Under the pieces are notes generated by a model. It had not been told where the DNA came from. It saw nothing but the letters and a program-made list of their open reading frames with translations, and did no database searches. From positions 794 through 64,793 of the forward strand of contig JAJYMK010000001.1 in NCBI GenBank assembly GCA_021786945.1: a DNA stretch of 64,000 nucleotides, in the 5' to 3' direction. This document shows, one piece after another, positions 38,674-47,597 of this stretch. Both the position numbers and the translations under genes were made by a program. Position 1 is the stretch's first letter; each line of letters starts with the position of its first letter. The DNA is from a bacterium. Its GTDB lineage: Bacteria; Patescibacteriota; Minisyncoccia; UBA6257; 02-FULL-45-10c.

Positions 38674-39321
38674 ATGGAATTTTGGCCGCTTATATTAGGA
38701 CTACTACCCTCTATCGCTTGGCTGATTTTTTATTTAAGTGAAGATAAGAATCCCGAACCAAAAAAAACGCTCTTTTTAGCCTTTCTAGCCGGAAGCATTA
38801 CAACATTTGTTGTCTTGACTGTCCAAATATTCGCCAATAAATTTGCCATAAATATAGGCATTCAAGAACATAGCCCTGTATCATTTTTTATTTTAGGTGG
38901 CCTGGAAGAACTGTTTAAATTTGGCGCTGTTTATTGGGTTATAAGCAAAAGACCGGAATTTGATGAACCAATAGATGCGATGATATATATGATTACCGCA
39001 GCACTTGGCTTTGCCGCCGTTGAAAATATTTCTGCCGCCTACAGCGCCTCACTTCCTACAGCTCTAGAAACAACGACTTTAAGATTTTTTGGCGCCACCC
39101 TTCTCCACACGCTTTGTTCGGGATTAGTGGGTTATTACTGGGCCAAATCCATATTGAACAATAAAAAAAATATACTTATATTTGGGCTTACTTTAGCAGC
39201 TTTATTGCATGCAATATTCAACTACCTTATAATTAAATATGAACCAGTAATAGTTCCAACAATTTTCTTAATTGTATTTGCACTTTTCATACTTCACGAT
39301 TTTGAAAAGCTCAAAAAATAA
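38674..39321 (+). CDS. PrsW-family intramembrane metalloprotease-like protein.
   Basis: Polytopic membrane protein with EExxK (GLEELFKF), FxxxEN (GFAAVEN) and a conserved His in LLHTLCSGLVGY, the PrsW/CPBP signature. Confidence 0.6.
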   Translation: MEFWPLILGLLPSIAWLIFYLSEDKNPEPKKTLFLAFLAGSITTFVVLTVQIFANKFAINIGIQEHSPVSFFILGGLEELFKFGAVYWVISKRPEFDEPIDAMIYMITAALGFAAVENISAAYSASLPTALETTTLRFFGATLLHTLCSGLVGYYWAKSILNNKKNILIFGLTLAALLHAIFNYLIIKYEPVIVPTIFLIVFALFILHDFEKLKK

Positions 39322-39344
39322 ATCAATTTAAAAAAATAAAAAAT

Positions 39345-39878
39345 ATGGATCAAGATTCCAAAAAATTTTTCGAAGAATTGGCCGGGGCAAACTCCGAAGA
39401 ACCAAAGACTTTAAAAATAACCGATGAGGAAGAATTTGACGAAGAAGAAGATAAGATAGATAAAAAAAATAAAGAAAAAAAGATTAAGAGTATTGCCGCT
39501 GAAAATACAGAAGAAAAAGATGCAAGCAATGAAATTTTTGAAGAAGGAGAGGGTCAACTAACTATTGATGTTTATCAAAATCCAGACGAAATAATAGTTG
39601 AATCAACAATTGCCGGAGTAAAACCAGAAGATTTAGATATCGCCATCACCAACGAAGCCGTGACAATCCGCGGTAAACGAGAAAAACAAGAAACTATTAA
39701 AGATGAGGACTATTTCTATCAGGAGTGTTACTGGGGTAAATTTTCCAGGTCTATTATATTGCCTCAAGAAATAGATTCTGAAAAAGCTACAGCCTCACTT
39801 AAAAATGGAATTCTGACAATAAAACTCCCAAAGCTTAATAGGCAAAAAACCAAAAAACTTAAAGTAAAATTCGATTAA
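39345..39878 (+). CDS. Hsp20/alpha-crystallin family small heat-shock protein with an acidic N-terminal extension.
   Basis: ACD core. C-terminal ASLKNGILTIKLPK (cf. A.Y.NGVL.I.LPK). 177 aa. Confidence 0.85.
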   Translation: MDQDSKKFFEELAGANSEEPKTLKITDEEEFDEEEDKIDKKNKEKKIKSIAAENTEEKDASNEIFEEGEGQLTIDVYQNPDEIIVESTIAGVKPEDLDIAITNEAVTIRGKREKQETIKDEDYFYQECYWGKFSRSIILPQEIDSEKATASLKNGILTIKLPKLNRQKTKKLKVKFD

Positions 39879-39890
39879 ATCCAACCAAAC

Positions 39891-39922
39891 AACCCCCTCT
39901 TTAAAGAGGGGGTTGTTTTTTA
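39891..39922 (+). terminator. Rho-independent terminator AACCCCCTCTTT-AAA-GAGGGGGTT + GTTTTTTAATTTT.
   Basis: Perfect 9-bp G/C stem then T-run. Confidence 0.8.
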
Positions 39923-40008
39923 ATTTTGCATGTACTAGGTTAAAAGTATATAAGTACTTTAAATTTTAAATAAGTAAGTCTGCTGGGACAAATTCTATAG
40001 GAGGGGTT

Positions 40009-40983
40009 ATGAATCTCGGAAAAATCGGGATCATCTTCAATGGCGGTGGTTTTGCCGGTGCCTTCAGCGTGGGATACATAAAAGCGCTGTGGGAATGCGG
40101 CGTAAGGCCTTCGCATGTCCAGGGAATTTCCGTAGGCGCCTTAAACGCCGCGAAAATCCTGGAATATGAAAACGCCAAAGAACTGGAAAAGATTTGGCTT
40201 GAAATAGAAAAGGCCAAAGCTTCAACGGTTTTTAACTGGAAAGATATACCTCAGAATCTTTGGAAAAAAGCGCCTGCGCTTTTTTCAAACAAGGGCCTCT
40301 GGGATATTATCCAGAAATTAGACATGGAGAAGATAGTAAATTCTCCCATGGAGCTGCAAATAGTGACCTACAACGAGAGCAAGGGTGAAAAAGAAGTTTT
40401 TTCAACAAAAAACCAGAGATTTATAAAAAATCCCGGACTGTTCAAGCAAATCATCTTGGCCTCGGCTTCTATTCCAGGGGTTCTGCCCAGAGTAAAAATC
40501 GGCGATGATTTTCACTCTGACGGAATTTATTTTTCTCTGGAACCGATGATTGAAACCGGATGCGATACAATCTTTTTATTCCTTAACGATCAGTATATGG
40601 AACAAAGCCAGCGCTGGGATGAAAGATTGTTCAACATGAAAAACTCCCTTTATGAAGAAGTTGTTTCTTTCAGAATAAAGGAAGTTCTCAAAGAGCATCC
40701 GGACTTCACCTTGATAAATGAGGCCCTCGATGAAGAAACTGCATCTCTGCCACCCATACTAAAAAGGATAAAAAGCATACGCCAGCAGATAAGAAGCATG
40801 GCTGCATCAGTAGTGAACGGCGATGATATAAACTTCGTACAACACCGTATAATCATCCTGAACACGCGAACGCCCATCTCCACGCTTCATGCAACCGCAT
40901 TTGAAGTTGGAGATATCAAAGCCGCAATCGAACAGGGCTACGACCAAGCTTCGGTTTTACTAAAAAAACTTGGTATGTGCTAA
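40009..40983 (+). CDS. Patatin-like phospholipase
   Basis: Oxyanion GGGFAG, nucleophile GISVG (GxSxG), catalytic Asp in SDGIY. 324 aa. Confidence 0.85.
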   Translation: MNLGKIGIIFNGGGFAGAFSVGYIKALWECGVRPSHVQGISVGALNAAKILEYENAKELEKIWLEIEKAKASTVFNWKDIPQNLWKKAPALFSNKGLWDIIQKLDMEKIVNSPMELQIVTYNESKGEKEVFSTKNQRFIKNPGLFKQIILASASIPGVLPRVKIGDDFHSDGIYFSLEPMIETGCDTIFLFLNDQYMEQSQRWDERLFNMKNSLYEEVVSFRIKEVLKEHPDFTLINEALDEETASLPPILKRIKSIRQQIRSMAASVVNGDDINFVQHRIIILNTRTPISTLHATAFEVGDIKAAIEQGYDQASVLLKKLGMC

Positions 40984-40991
40984 AAAAATAA

Positions 40992-41026
40992 TCCCCTCAC
41001 TCGTGAGAGTGGGGGGATTTTATTTT
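40992..41026 (+). terminator. Rho-independent terminator ATCCCCTCACTC-GTG-AGAGTGGGGGAT + TTTATTTTG.
   Basis: Stem of about 12 bp then T-run, directly after the patatin gene and before tRNA-Leu on the opposite strand. Confidence 0.75.
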
Positions 41027-41027
41027 G

Positions 41028-41111
41028 TGCTCGGGGCCGGAATCGAACCGGCACGCCTTTGAGGGCGGCAGATCTTAAGTCTGCTGCGTCTGCCAGTTTC
41101 GCCACCCGAGC
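41028..41111 (-). tRNA. tRNA-Leu (anticodon UAA), class II with long variable arm. CCA not encoded.
   Basis: Reverse complement folds: acceptor GCTCGGG/CCCGAGC, D-arm GCG-AAACTGGCAGA-CGC, anticodon stem GCAGA/TCTGC with loop CTTAAGA, variable arm CGCCCTCAAAGGCGTG, T-arm GCCGG-TTCGATT-CCGGC, discriminator A. Confidence 0.85.
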
Positions 41112-41167
41112 ATTATCCTAACGGACAGATATAAAACATTATAAACAAACTTCTGTATTTTTCAATT

Positions 41168-41240
41168 GAGGCGCGGGTGGGAATCGAACCCACGTATAGT
41201 TGTTTTGCAGACAACTGCCTTACCACTTGGCTACCGCGCC
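41168..41240 (-). tRNA. tRNA-Cys (anticodon GCA), discriminator U73. CCA not encoded.
   Basis: Reverse complement: acceptor GGCGCGG/CCGCGCC, anticodon stem GTTGT/ACAAC with loop CTGCAAA, T-arm GTGGG-TTCGATT-CCCAC. Confidence 0.85.
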
Positions 41241-41264
41241 GGAAAAACTATTTAAAATAATAGG

Positions 41265-41600
41265 TTATTTTTCACTATCAAGCAAAGCTTTTTCGACCGA
41301 TGCCGCATTTTTAAGACCGAAATCAACCCTAAAAGTTATTTCAGGCATAGGCCTTAAATTTAACTTACGATTTAATTTAAACTGGAGATCTTTTTTATGA
41401 TTATTTAAAATTTCCAAAACTTCTTCTGATTTTTCCGAAGGCAATACACTAAAATTTACAATTGCATGTTCCAAATCCTCGTTTACCTCAACCTCAGTAA
41501 TTGTCATCAAAGCTCCCGGAAATTCCAATTCACGCATAATTATCTTGCTCAGCTCTTCCCTTATTAAACTATTCATTCTTTGTGGCCTAAAAAATCGCAT
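41265..41600 (-). CDS. rbfA: Ribosome-binding factor A
   Basis: 111 aa. KH-like ...ITEVEVNEDLEHAIVNFSVL...LNRKLNLRPMPEITFRVD pattern. Located directly downstream of infB, the conserved operon order. Confidence 0.85.
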   Translation of the reverse strand: MRFFRPQRMNSLIREELSKIIMRELEFPGALMTITEVEVNEDLEHAIVNFSVLPSEKSEEVLEILNNHKKDLQFKLNRKLNLRPMPEITFRVDFGLKNAASVEKALLDSEK

Positions 41601-41611
41601 ATCAGAAAATT

Positions 41612-43066
41612 TTAACGCATTATCAAATGATATTCCGGTTTTATATCTAACTCCGAATCAACCAGTAATCCACATTCCTTTCCGGCAGGCACACTGACAG
41701 CGTCCAATTTATTCTCCTGCAAATTTACAACCTTACACGTACCAATTGTTTCTCCCCTGACTTGAATTTCCAACGAAGAATTATTTTTTATTTCTCCGCT
41801 AACTACCCTACCGCCAACTATTTGTTTACCCGATTTCTTTCCAAATACAGCCAAAATTTCCAAATCTCCCGCAATATCACCGGAACCCAAACAAGTAAAA
41901 TAACTTTCGATTGCCTCAATTAATTCATAAATAATTTCTGATGTTATTATTCTGATCTTATTATCCTTAGCCATATTTTCTGCCGCTTTATTAGTCCTTA
42001 CATTAAAACCAAGAACTATAGCCCCTGTGGCAACAGCATTTTTAATATCACCATCGCTTATTTCGCCCACGCCTTCACTAATTATTTCCAGCTGATATTT
42101 ATCTTTCTTGGGAATCTTGTGGACCAATTCCGACAAAGCTTCTAAAGAACCAGAAACGTCCGCCTTTAAGAGCAATTTAATAGTACATCCTCCATCCAAT
42201 TTACAAAATCGTTTCCTTGCTTCCGGACAAGTATTTTTTGCGGTTATTTTTGCGACTTCTTCATCAGACAAATCACCGGCAATAAATTCCTCCCCGACTT
42301 TCGGTAAACTCTCAAAACCTATTATCACGGCCGGACTAGACGGAACCAATGATTCAACTTTATCTTCCAGAAAATTTTCCAAAATTTTAATTTTACCCTT
42401 GGCAGTTGCAGTAGCGATCATATCACCAGTTTTTAAAACGCCATCTTTCAAAATAACACTTACGGTTAATCCCCTTTTTTTATCTTTTTTCGATTCCAAT
42501 ACAACTCCGGCGGCTTTTAATTTTGAATTATAAGTAAGCCCCTCCATTTCAGCGGTAAGTAAGATAAGCTCCAATAACTCACCAATTCCCTCTCCGGTTT
42601 TACTGGAAACACCCTGGAAACTCACATTTCCTCCATATCCCTCAAGCAAAACATCGTTAGCGGCCAAGTCGCTTTTCACCCTTTCAATATCGGCGCTTGG
42701 TTTATCAATTTTTGTAATTGCAACAACGAAAGGAGTCTTTGATTCGTGTAAAACTTTTATAGCTTCTTTCGTCTGAGGCTTCACACCCTCTTCGGCAGCA
42801 ACAACCAAAACAGCAATATCGGCAATAGCCGCTCCACGAACTCTCATTTTGGAAAAAGCCTCATGTCCCGGAGTATCAATAAAAGTAATTTTATTATTGT
42901 TATAAACAGTTTCATATGCCCCAACAGATTGAGTAATACCACCTGCTTCTTTAGCGGCAACGGTAGTATTTCTTATATAATCCAAGAGCGATGTTTTGCC
43001 GTGGTCAACGTGGCCAACAACAACTACAATTGGAGGACGTTTTGAATTATTCTGTGTTTCGGTCAT
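41612..43066 (-). CDS. infB: Translation initiation factor IF-2, short form (G-domain through C2, no long N-terminal region).
   Basis: G1 VVVVGHVDHGKTSLLD. G3 DTPGHEAF. G4 TKID. Beta-barrel domains. 484 aa. Confidence 0.9.
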   Translation of the reverse strand: MTETQNNSKRPPIVVVVGHVDHGKTSLLDYIRNTTVAAKEAGGITQSVGAYETVYNNNKITFIDTPGHEAFSKMRVRGAAIADIAVLVVAAEEGVKPQTKEAIKVLHESKTPFVVAITKIDKPSADIERVKSDLAANDVLLEGYGGNVSFQGVSSKTGEGIGELLELILLTAEMEGLTYNSKLKAAGVVLESKKDKKRGLTVSVILKDGVLKTGDMIATATAKGKIKILENFLEDKVESLVPSSPAVIIGFESLPKVGEEFIAGDLSDEEVAKITAKNTCPEARKRFCKLDGGCTIKLLLKADVSGSLEALSELVHKIPKKDKYQLEIISEGVGEISDGDIKNAVATGAIVLGFNVRTNKAAENMAKDNKIRIITSEIIYELIEAIESYFTCLGSGDIAGDLEILAVFGKKSGKQIVGGRVVSGEIKNNSSLEIQVRGETIGTCKVVNLQENKLDAVSVPAGKECGLLVDSELDIKPEYHLIMR

Positions 43067-43073
43067 TATTTAT

Positions 43074-43136
43074 CCCCTCACCTATTTTTTATATTTACCA
43101 CCTAATTTTTTTGCTTTAAATAATTAGGTGCGGGGA
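43074..43136. repeat. Solo inverted-repeat pair (CCCCTCACCTATTT ... AATTAGGTGCGGGGA) in the infB 5' leader. Same IR family as the GIY-YIG cassette ends, enclosing only about 35 nt.
   Basis: 43074-43088 cccctcacctatttt and 43122-43136 aattaggtgcgggga. An internal 9-bp hairpin cacctaatt/aattaggtg sits at 43099-43130. Confidence 0.55.
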
Positions 43137-43220
43137 TGTACTAAAAATAGCCTTAAAACAGACAAAAGTAAACCCTTAATCTTGAATATGGAACAAAACT
43201 GGTTTAAAATCATTGAATAC

Positions 43221-43310
43221 GGAGGCGTGGCTGAGCGGTCGAAAGCAGCACACTGCTAATGTGTTGAGGGGGAAACCCCTCCGAAGGTTCGAATCCTTCC
43301 GCCTCCGCCA
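43221..43310 (+). tRNA. tRNA-Ser (anticodon GCU), class II, CCA encoded. Integration site of the downstream element.
   Basis: Acceptor GGAGGCG/CGCCTCC, D-arm GCT-GAGCGGTCGAA-AGC, anticodon stem GCACA/TGTGT with loop CTGCTAA, variable stem GAGGGG-GAAA-CCCCTC, T-arm GAAGG-TTCGAAT-CCTTC, then G-CCA. Confidence 0.9.
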
Positions 43311-44830
43311 GATTTCCAACTTTGAACCGTAGAAACTGCAAGGGTTTTCGAGCCCTTTGATGGTTTCGGTGGTTCGAGTTTGGAGACTTGCAAATCCATA
43401 AGAACATCAAAGACTGGCGTCCATATCGGCGTCAGTTTTTGATTACTGACAGTGAACCCCTCAAAACAAAGCTTCATCAATGTGCGTTTTTGATGCATTG
43501 AGCTGGTATTGAACACCTTGTCGGCATGATCCGTGAAGTCCAGTAATTCATTAAATTTCTGCACGAATTTGTCAGACTTGCCCTCAAGCACCCCTAAGCG
43601 GTCCTGATACATTTCCTTCTCCTTTAAAAGCTCGTCCTGAATCTTTATAAAGACATCGGCGTCAATAATACGCTGGGAACGATCCACAACGATATTGCGA
43701 ATTTGTTGCTGAACTCTTATAAGCTCACGCTTGAGACTCTTGCGTTCTTTGTCCTCCTGCTCAAGCCTTTCTTTGGCAAAATATTGAAAGTAAGAATCAA
43801 GCACCTTCTTAAACTTATCAGGTAGATGAACCCGTGATAAATGGTTTGCGACCTGTTCCTCAACGACCTCCCATCTCATGTATTTGCGTTCAGTGCAGTT
43901 TTTGTCCTGCCAGTGAGTGCATGAATAGTAAAGATGACCTTTCTGCATCTGTCCGCAGAGTGTAGACCCACACACTGCACATCTCATAAACCCTGCCATA
44001 GGATACGAATGCTTGCGAGTACGATCGGCGTAATGATTGTGCTGTTGGACTACTTCCTGAACATCATCAAAAAGCTTCTTTGAGATCAAAGGCGGAAAAT
44101 TTGCCTGACAAGTGGCTGATCGAGTTTTTATAAGACCGTAGTAAATTGGATTGCAAAGAAAATGCTCAATTGATTTGCGATTAACATGTTTGCCGGATTT
44201 GCTTTTGAGACCTCGCTTATTAAGTTCGGCCGACAGAGAGTCGTATGAATACTTGCCGGTGGCGTAGAGTTCAAAAGCCAGTTTTATATATGGGGCCCGA
44301 ATGTTATCGATAATAAGAGATTTAGTCTTTTTATCGTTTGTGTACCCAATTGGTGCGTATCCAGGGAATCTGCCACGCTCTACGGCCTCTTTAAGACCTT
44401 TCCTGACCTCCCAGCTGATGTTTTGAGATGTCCACTGGGCAATGGAAGCCATGATGTTCTCAACCAGCTCTCCAGAAAAAGACTCATCGAACTGCTCGAC
44501 TACTGAGACAAGTTTGGCATCATGCTTTTTAAGCATCATCTTAATGGCGGCGTAGTCGGCCACATTACGGCACATACGATCAAGCTTGTGGACTAAGATG
44601 ACATCAACCTTACTATCAGTTTTTGCTCGATGAAGCATTTTCTGAAGCTGTGGACGATCAGTCGTTCTAGCTGATTCGCCCTTTTCCTCATAGATACCAT
44701 CTGGGAGTAAATTCCAGTGATGATCCATTCCGTATTTTTGGCACGCTTTGACTTGTGCCGGAATACTCAATTCTCGTTCGGCCTGACGAGAGGTGGAAAC
44801 ACGGCCGTAGATTAAATAATTTGTACTCAT
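43256..44830 (-). CDS. Large serine recombinase (integrase). The C-terminal about 18 codons are encoded by the complement of the tRNA-Ser 3' half.
   Basis: N-terminal resolvase catalytic domain with YGRVSTSRQ (Ser nucleophile). Recombinase domain. Zinc ribbon CAVCGSTLCG...CTHWQDKNC. Coiled-coil. 524 aa. Confidence 0.85.
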   Translation of the reverse strand: MSTNYLIYGRVSTSRQAERELSIPAQVKACQKYGMDHHWNLLPDGIYEEKGESARTTDRPQLQKMLHRAKTDSKVDVILVHKLDRMCRNVADYAAIKMMLKKHDAKLVSVVEQFDESFSGELVENIMASIAQWTSQNISWEVRKGLKEAVERGRFPGYAPIGYTNDKKTKSLIIDNIRAPYIKLAFELYATGKYSYDSLSAELNKRGLKSKSGKHVNRKSIEHFLCNPIYYGLIKTRSATCQANFPPLISKKLFDDVQEVVQQHNHYADRTRKHSYPMAGFMRCAVCGSTLCGQMQKGHLYYSCTHWQDKNCTERKYMRWEVVEEQVANHLSRVHLPDKFKKVLDSYFQYFAKERLEQEDKERKSLKRELIRVQQQIRNIVVDRSQRIIDADVFIKIQDELLKEKEMYQDRLGVLEGKSDKFVQKFNELLDFTDHADKVFNTSSMHQKRTLMKLCFEGFTVSNQKLTPIWTPVFDVLMDLQVSKLEPPKPSKGSKTLAVSTVQSWKSGGGGRIRTFGGVSPSTH

Positions 44831-44876
44831 ACTTTTTGTTATAAAAAAACAGCAGGGCTCTTGGCGAGCCCTGTGG

Positions 44877-45599
44877 TTAGTATTTTTTTATGTGATAAAT
44901 TAACCGACCTATCGGCTTGACCTCTTCAATAGGGTAGGTCTTCTTAATGCCTGGCTGACTCGTTGTGATCTCTAAAGAGTTACCACGCTTTTTATAATAA
45001 GTCATGATCATTCCGTCTGGCGTATTCAATGCCACGATGTCTCCATCATTAATCTCAATATCCGCATCAAGCATAATCAGGTCGCCGGTGATTATACCTG
45101 CCTCCGGAAATGGAGTGACAGAAACTCTGATACCGAATATACGGTGATCACGCACGATCCCGTTTTTTGGAATAAAAATAAATTCCTCCGCATGTTTGAG
45201 GTGCAGATCAAGATCGTCCACCGGAATCGTGTTGAACAGTGGCATCTTGTAATGAGCAACCTCGTCGGCTGTAATTGTCTTTTTCAATTCCTCCAAACCA
45301 GCCTCCAATTTGTGAGTCATCTCTTCGACACGCTTCTCGCCAGCCTCTTTGATATTAAATTTGTAATCAGAGGAAAGACTAACCTTGTGGATCTTCGCTT
45401 CGGTCCACTGTTTTTTTATTTCATCCTCCGAAGTCTCGTAAGCATTCGCTAAAAGACTCAACTGCTTCTGCGAAGGGAGTCGAGTGTCGTTTTCCAGCTG
45501 GCTGACATAACTGGCAGAAAAGCCAAGGCGATCTGCAATATCCTTGGCTGTCCACTGATTGGTTTCTCTTTGTTTTTTTAGATATGAGCCAAATGACAT
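44877..45599 (-). CDS. CI/LexA-like repressor: N-terminal XRE-family HTH and C-terminal S24 peptidase domain.
   Basis: HTH TAKDIADRLGFSASYVSQLEN. C-terminal S24-like VTPFPEAGIITGDLIMLDADIEINDGDIVAL. Divergent from a Cro-like gene. Confidence 0.8.
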   Translation of the reverse strand: MSFGSYLKKQRETNQWTAKDIADRLGFSASYVSQLENDTRLPSQKQLSLLANAYETSEDEIKKQWTEAKIHKVSLSSDYKFNIKEAGEKRVEEMTHKLEAGLEELKKTITADEVAHYKMPLFNTIPVDDLDLHLKHAEEFIFIPKNGIVRDHRIFGIRVSVTPFPEAGIITGDLIMLDADIEINDGDIVALNTPDGMIMTYYKKRGNSLEITTSQPGIKKTYPIEEVKPIGRLIYHIKKY

Positions 45600-45755
45600 A
45601 TTTTTGTTATTTGCTTAATTAATAATCCTAATTACATCTTAGTATAATATAGCAAATATGTAAAGATTAAGCAAATATGCTTATCCACAAGGACAGTAAT
45701 TGACGAATTAAGCAAAATTGCTTAATATGACTATAGAGGTCTAATTTATCAAACT
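45600..45755. promoter_or_regulatory. Phage immunity region with three operator-like palindromes built from TTAAGCAA/TTGCTTAA half-sites, plus divergent promoters.
   Basis: O3 perfect palindrome TTAAGCAAAATTGCTTAA (45708-45725). O2 TTAAGCAAATATGCTTAT (45669-45686). O1 half-site TTGCTTAATTAA (45611-45622). Confidence 0.7.
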
Positions 45756-45962
45756 ATGAAAAAAACACCAACCAACATTCGACTGAGGGATATTAGAATC
45801 GAGAAAGGGCTAACGCAATACAAACTAGCCCGTATTCTCGGCTTTAAACATAACACAGCGATCAGCCGATATGAGACCGGAAGAAAACGGCCGAATTTGG
45901 AAACCGCCCAGAGAATTGCCCTAGCGTTGGGGGTAAAAGTAGAGGATATTTTTTTGCCTTAG
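45756..45962 (+). CDS. Cro-like XRE-family HTH protein (68 aa).
   Basis: LTQYKLARILGFKHNTAISRYETG, the classic XRE helix-turn-helix. Confidence 0.8.
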   Translation: MKKTPTNIRLRDIRIEKGLTQYKLARILGFKHNTAISRYETGRKRPNLETAQRIALALGVKVEDIFLP

Positions 45963-46041
45963 AAGTTAAGCAAAAACGCTTAATGGAAAAGGTGTGTGAG
46001 GGTCAATAAAAGTGTGAGGTCACTCTTATGAACCAAACCAC

Positions 46042-46320
46042 ATGTCCAAACCAACAAAGGATGAGGAAGCTCTCGTTGAGCTTACCAAAAACGCCTTATC
46101 CGAGGTGCTCGGCCGAGAACCGAGTAAGCAAGAAGTTTGGCGTGTCCATGCTGGCTTTAAACGCATGGCATTCATGCTGTTAGAGCATTTAGATCACATC
46201 AAAAAGTATGACAACGAGAATTCTAATCAAAAGAATAATTCAGAGGATCTGGAAACGGATGACTCGCAAGCCATTAACCCGGAGAGAGCTTTTGGCGAGA
46301 AGGGAGAGCTTGCTGAGTAA
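46042..46320 (+). CDS. Phage hypothetical protein (acidic C-terminus).
   Basis: 92-aa ORF after cro. An alternative overlapping frame, 46208..46420, encodes an Arg-rich 70-aa peptide. Which one is real is unresolved. Confidence 0.35.
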   Translation: MSKPTKDEEALVELTKNALSEVLGREPSKQEVWRVHAGFKRMAFMLLEHLDHIKKYDNENSNQKNNSEDLETDDSQAINPERAFGEKGELAE

Positions 46321-46511
46321 TTTCACAATCCGAGAATTAGAAAACCCGAATATTCGGCGTGGCTTTTGCAGAGCAATGGACAACATCGACCGAGCTCTCC
46401 CGAAATCCAGTGAATGGTAGATAGCACCTTACTCTCCCCTCAATGACGCCAGGCGTGAAGGGAGGAATAAGGCGCGATCTGTGGGTCGGTCACGCCTTTT
46501 TATTCACGGCC

Positions 46512-47078
46512 ATGTCGGACGATAAAATAAAAGTAAGAGATTTAAGAAATGGCGATTGGTTCTGGATTAGCAAAGTACTTCTCGATGAGTATGGAAGCAA
46601 AATTAAACCAATCGGCATCGCTATTTATAATTGCCTGGCTGAACACGCTAATCAGGAGGGTTTTTGTTTTCCATCCCATAAGCTTATCGCTGACAGAATT
46701 GGCTCGAGCGTTTCTAGTGTGCAAAGAGGTATCCGACAACTCATCAAGCTTGGACTAATAAACAAGAAACGCCGAAAATTTTCTAATGTGTATTACCTGT
46801 TGAAAGTAGATAGGTCAGATAGACCGAACTTAAAACAGATCGGTCAGCCTGACCGGCAGTTCGGTCATACAGACCGGTGGGATCGGTCCAATGGACTTAC
46901 TAACAAGAATAAAGAAAAAGATTTAAATAAAAAGAATTACGAGCAAATTAAAAATTTCAAAGAATTAAGGTCGATGTTAGCCGAGAAAATGTCCATTGGA
47001 GGGGTAAAGATAAAAATTATAGACGGTAAGAAGCACATGTGGACGGGACAGAAATGGGTAGCAGTCGAGGATACTTAG
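46512..47078 (+). CDS. Winged-helix DNA-binding protein, phage replication-initiator/DnaD-like N-terminal domain (putative).
   Basis: WFWISKVLLDEYGSKIKPIGIAIYNCLAEHANQEGFCFPSHKLIADRIGSSVSSVQRGIRQLIKLGLINKKRR is a typical wHTH of phage replication proteins. The track start at 46443 lies inside a terminator-like hairpin (GGCGTGA...TCACGCC + TTTTTATT, 46454-46503), so the ATG at 46512 is preferred. Confidence 0.5.
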   Translation: MSDDKIKVRDLRNGDWFWISKVLLDEYGSKIKPIGIAIYNCLAEHANQEGFCFPSHKLIADRIGSSVSSVQRGIRQLIKLGLINKKRRKFSNVYYLLKVDRSDRPNLKQIGQPDRQFGHTDRWDRSNGLTNKNKEKDLNKKNYEQIKNFKELRSMLAEKMSIGGVKIKIIDGKKHMWTGQKWVAVEDT

Positions 47079-47182
47079 ATTGCTTTTAACGGTTCGGGGA
47101 GGAGGTCGAACCCGAGCTTTTAATTGGTCGTTTATTAATCATTTATGATCAGGGCTCAAAAAACCCACAAATAAAAAACAGT

Positions 47183-47503
47183 ATGGATAAATTTGAATCA
47201 AATATTGGTAATTGTCCTCACTGCACAAAAGTCATCTTTAAGAATGGGGCTTTTACTTCTAATGCTTCATTCACGATGCGTTGCCCAAGCTGTCAAAAAC
47301 TTTTAGAAATAGAAGTAAGAACAAAAATTGAGATTACAATTAGGCCTTCTGAAAGATATCTATTGGACAAAAAAATAAAATTAGGAAAATTATCCGTTAT
47401 TTTTGGTTTTACAATGCAACCGCTTAGTGCTCACTGCATGGTCTGTATAATATGCATCGCAGAAACCTGTGGTTGCATATGTTGCCAACCATTTTTTATT
47501 TAA
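47183..47503 (+). CDS. Cys-rich zinc-ribbon protein, hypothetical.
   Basis: CPHC...CPSC ribbon at the N-terminus. C-terminal CMVCIICIAETCGCICC. Confidence 0.4.
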   Translation: MDKFESNIGNCPHCTKVIFKNGAFTSNASFTMRCPSCQKLLEIEVRTKIEITIRPSERYLLDKKIKLGKLSVIFGFTMQPLSAHCMVCIICIAETCGCICCQPFFI

Positions 47504-47597
47504 GCCTTTAATTAAAACAAAAGGAGCTCTTTTGAGCCCCTTTTTTGCCGTTTGTTTGCCCCTTGGGCGAGTTTTCTACACATTTATTAATGGATGA

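Noticed and set aside
46208-46420. Arg-rich 70-aa ORF overlapping the 92-aa phage ORF in another frame.
   Set aside because: I cannot decide which of the two overlapping frames is real. I reported the first (standard spacing after cro) at low confidence and left this one unlisted.
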